Of a stretch of DNA of 32,000 bases, positions 30,868 to 32,000 are shown piece by piece. Under the pieces are notes generated by a model, which was not told the origin of the DNA, searched no databases, and saw only the letters and a list, made by a program, of their open reading frames with translations. The stretch is from NCBI RefSeq assembly GCF_000012925.1, contig NC_007517.1:360001-392000 (forward strand), read 5' to 3'. Position numbers and translations under genes: made by a program. Positions within the stretch are counted from its first letter, which is position 1. Every line of letters starts with the position of its first letter. The DNA comes from Geobacter metallireducens GS-15 (lineage in GTDB: Bacteria > Desulfobacterota > Desulfuromonadia > Geobacterales > Geobacteraceae).

Positions 30868-32000
30868 ATGGAATATAAGAATACCCTCAATCTGCCGGTC
30901 ACCGATTTTCCCATGAAGGCCAATCTTCCCCAGCGGGAACCGGAGATCCTCGCCGGCTGGCAGAAGAACGATCTCTACGGCAAGCTCACCGCGGCAGGGG
31001 AGGGGAAGCCCCGCTACGTCCTCCACGACGGCCCCCCCTACGCCAATGGCCACATCCACATCGGCCATGCCCTCAACAAGATCCTCAAGGACATCATTCT
31101 CAAGAGCAAGCGGATGCAGGGGTTTGACGCCCCCTACGTGCCGGGGTGGGACTGCCACGGCCTCCCCATCGAGCTCCAGGTGGAGAAAAATCTGGGGTCC
31201 AAGAAGCATGAGACCACCAAGCTCCAGATGCGAAAACAGTGCCGGGAATACGCCGAAAAATTCGTGAAGATCCAGCGGGATGAATTCGAGCGGCTGGGAG
31301 TCATCGGCGACTGGGACCGTCCCTACCTCACCATGACCCATGACTACGAGGGGATCACCGCCCGGGAACTGGCCCGCTTCGCCGCCAATGGCGGCCTCTA
31401 CAAGGGGAAGAAGCCGGTCCACTGGTGCTCCTCCTGTGTCACCGCACTGGCGGAAGCCGAGGTGGAGTACGCCGACAAGACCTCCCCCTCCATCTACGTG
31501 AAATTTCTCCTCCAGGATGACATCAGCGCCTCGGTGCCGGCCTTGGCCGGAAAGAAGGTGTCCCTGGTCATCTGGACCACCACTCCCTGGACCATCCCGG
31601 CCAACCTGGCCGTGGCCCTCCACCCGGAGCTGGAGTACGTGGCCCTGGAGGCCGGCGGCGAGGTGCTCGTGGTGGCCGAGGGGCTCAAGGATGCCTTCAT
31701 GGCCGCCACCGGCGTGCAGGGGAGTGTCATCGCCACTTTCCGGGCCGACATTCTCTACCGGAAGCGGTGCAAGCATCCCTTCTACGACCGGGATTCCATT
31801 GTCCTCCTGGGTGAGCACGTGACCCTGGACGCCGGTACCGGCTGCGTCCACACCGCCCCGGGCCACGGCCAGGAAGACTACGAGCTGGCCCTGGTGGAAG
31901 GGCTCGACATCTACAACCCGGTGGACAATCGGGGGCGCTACATCCAGAGCCTGGAATTCTTCGGCGGCCAGTTCGTCTTCGACGCCAACGCCACGGTCAT
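30868..32000 (+). CDS. ileS: Isoleucyl-tRNA synthetase, 5' partial (runs off the window, so absent from the ORF track)
   Basis: GGAGGA RBS. MEYKNTLNLPVTDFPMKANLPQREPEIL...HDGPPYANGHIHIGHALNKILKD (HIGH motif)...GWDCHGLPIE is a typical IleS N-terminus. Confidence 0.93.
   Translation, partial: MEYKNTLNLPVTDFPMKANLPQREPEILAGWQKNDLYGKLTAAGEGKPRYVLHDGPPYANGHIHIGHALNKILKDIILKSKRMQGFDAPYVPGWDCHGLPIELQVEKNLGSKKHETTKLQMRKQCREYAEKFVKIQRDEFERLGVIGDWDRPYLTMTHDYEGITARELARFAANGGLYKGKKPVHWCSSCVTALAEAEVEYADKTSPSIYVKFLLQDDISASVPALAGKKVSLVIWTTTPWTIPANLAVALHPELEYVALEAGGEVLVVAEGLKDAFMAATGVQGSVIATFRADILYRKRCKHPFYDRDSIVLLGEHVTLDAGTGCVHTAPGHGQEDYELALVEGLDIYNPVDNRGRYIQSLEFFGGQFVFDANATV

Noticed and set aside
26375-31866. 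Shadow ORFs 26375..27364-, 27361..28185-, 27551..28189-, 28198..28881-, 29562..30374+, 30802..31866-
   Set aside because: They are antisense to the M1 peptidase, the ChaN-like gene, the histidine kinase and ileS, and have no motifs.

Overview
About 60% GC chromosomal segment. The gene content suggests a Geobacter-type deltaproteobacterium: a PpcA-family triheme cytochrome, a Cbc-like cytochrome/FeS/NrfD module, and a globin-coupled sensor with a membrane domain. Layout: (i) the right part of an ISL3-family IS (1-1272). (ii) A ~15-kb same-strand nitrate-respiration supra-operon (1826-17163): membrane-anchored tetraheme cytochrome c, Tat-exported NrfC-like 4x[4Fe-4S] protein, NrfD-like membrane protein, C-terminally anchored diheme cytochrome c, narG, narH, narJ, narI, two narK transporters, a PpcA-like triheme cytochrome, moeA and moaA. 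(iii) A globin-coupled membrane sensor plus a PAS/sigma54 enhancer-binding protein (17293-19629). (iv) A cold-shock gene followed by ~0.75 kb of gene-poor DNA with a possible small membrane ORF and an orphan promoter/terminator pair (candidate sRNA). (v) An OmpA-family protein with 90-bp tandem TSP3 repeats. (vi) A minus-strand operon of yqaA, a degenerate-metallopeptidase/VWA protein and an unknown 136-aa protein. (vii) A class I-beta DAHP synthase preceded by a Phe/Tyr/Trp-rich leader ORF and an intrinsic terminator. This candidate attenuator is the most novel-looking signal in the window. (viii) Three exported proteins (NTF2-like, M1 lipoprotein peptidase, ChaN-like), a REC-PAS-histidine kinase on the minus strand, and the 5' part of ileS. 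Many long ORFs in the track are antisense or out-of-frame shadows typical of GC-rich DNA. I saw no rRNA, tRNA or CRISPR by eye. All calls come from reading the sequence and from remembered family motifs; no searches were run.
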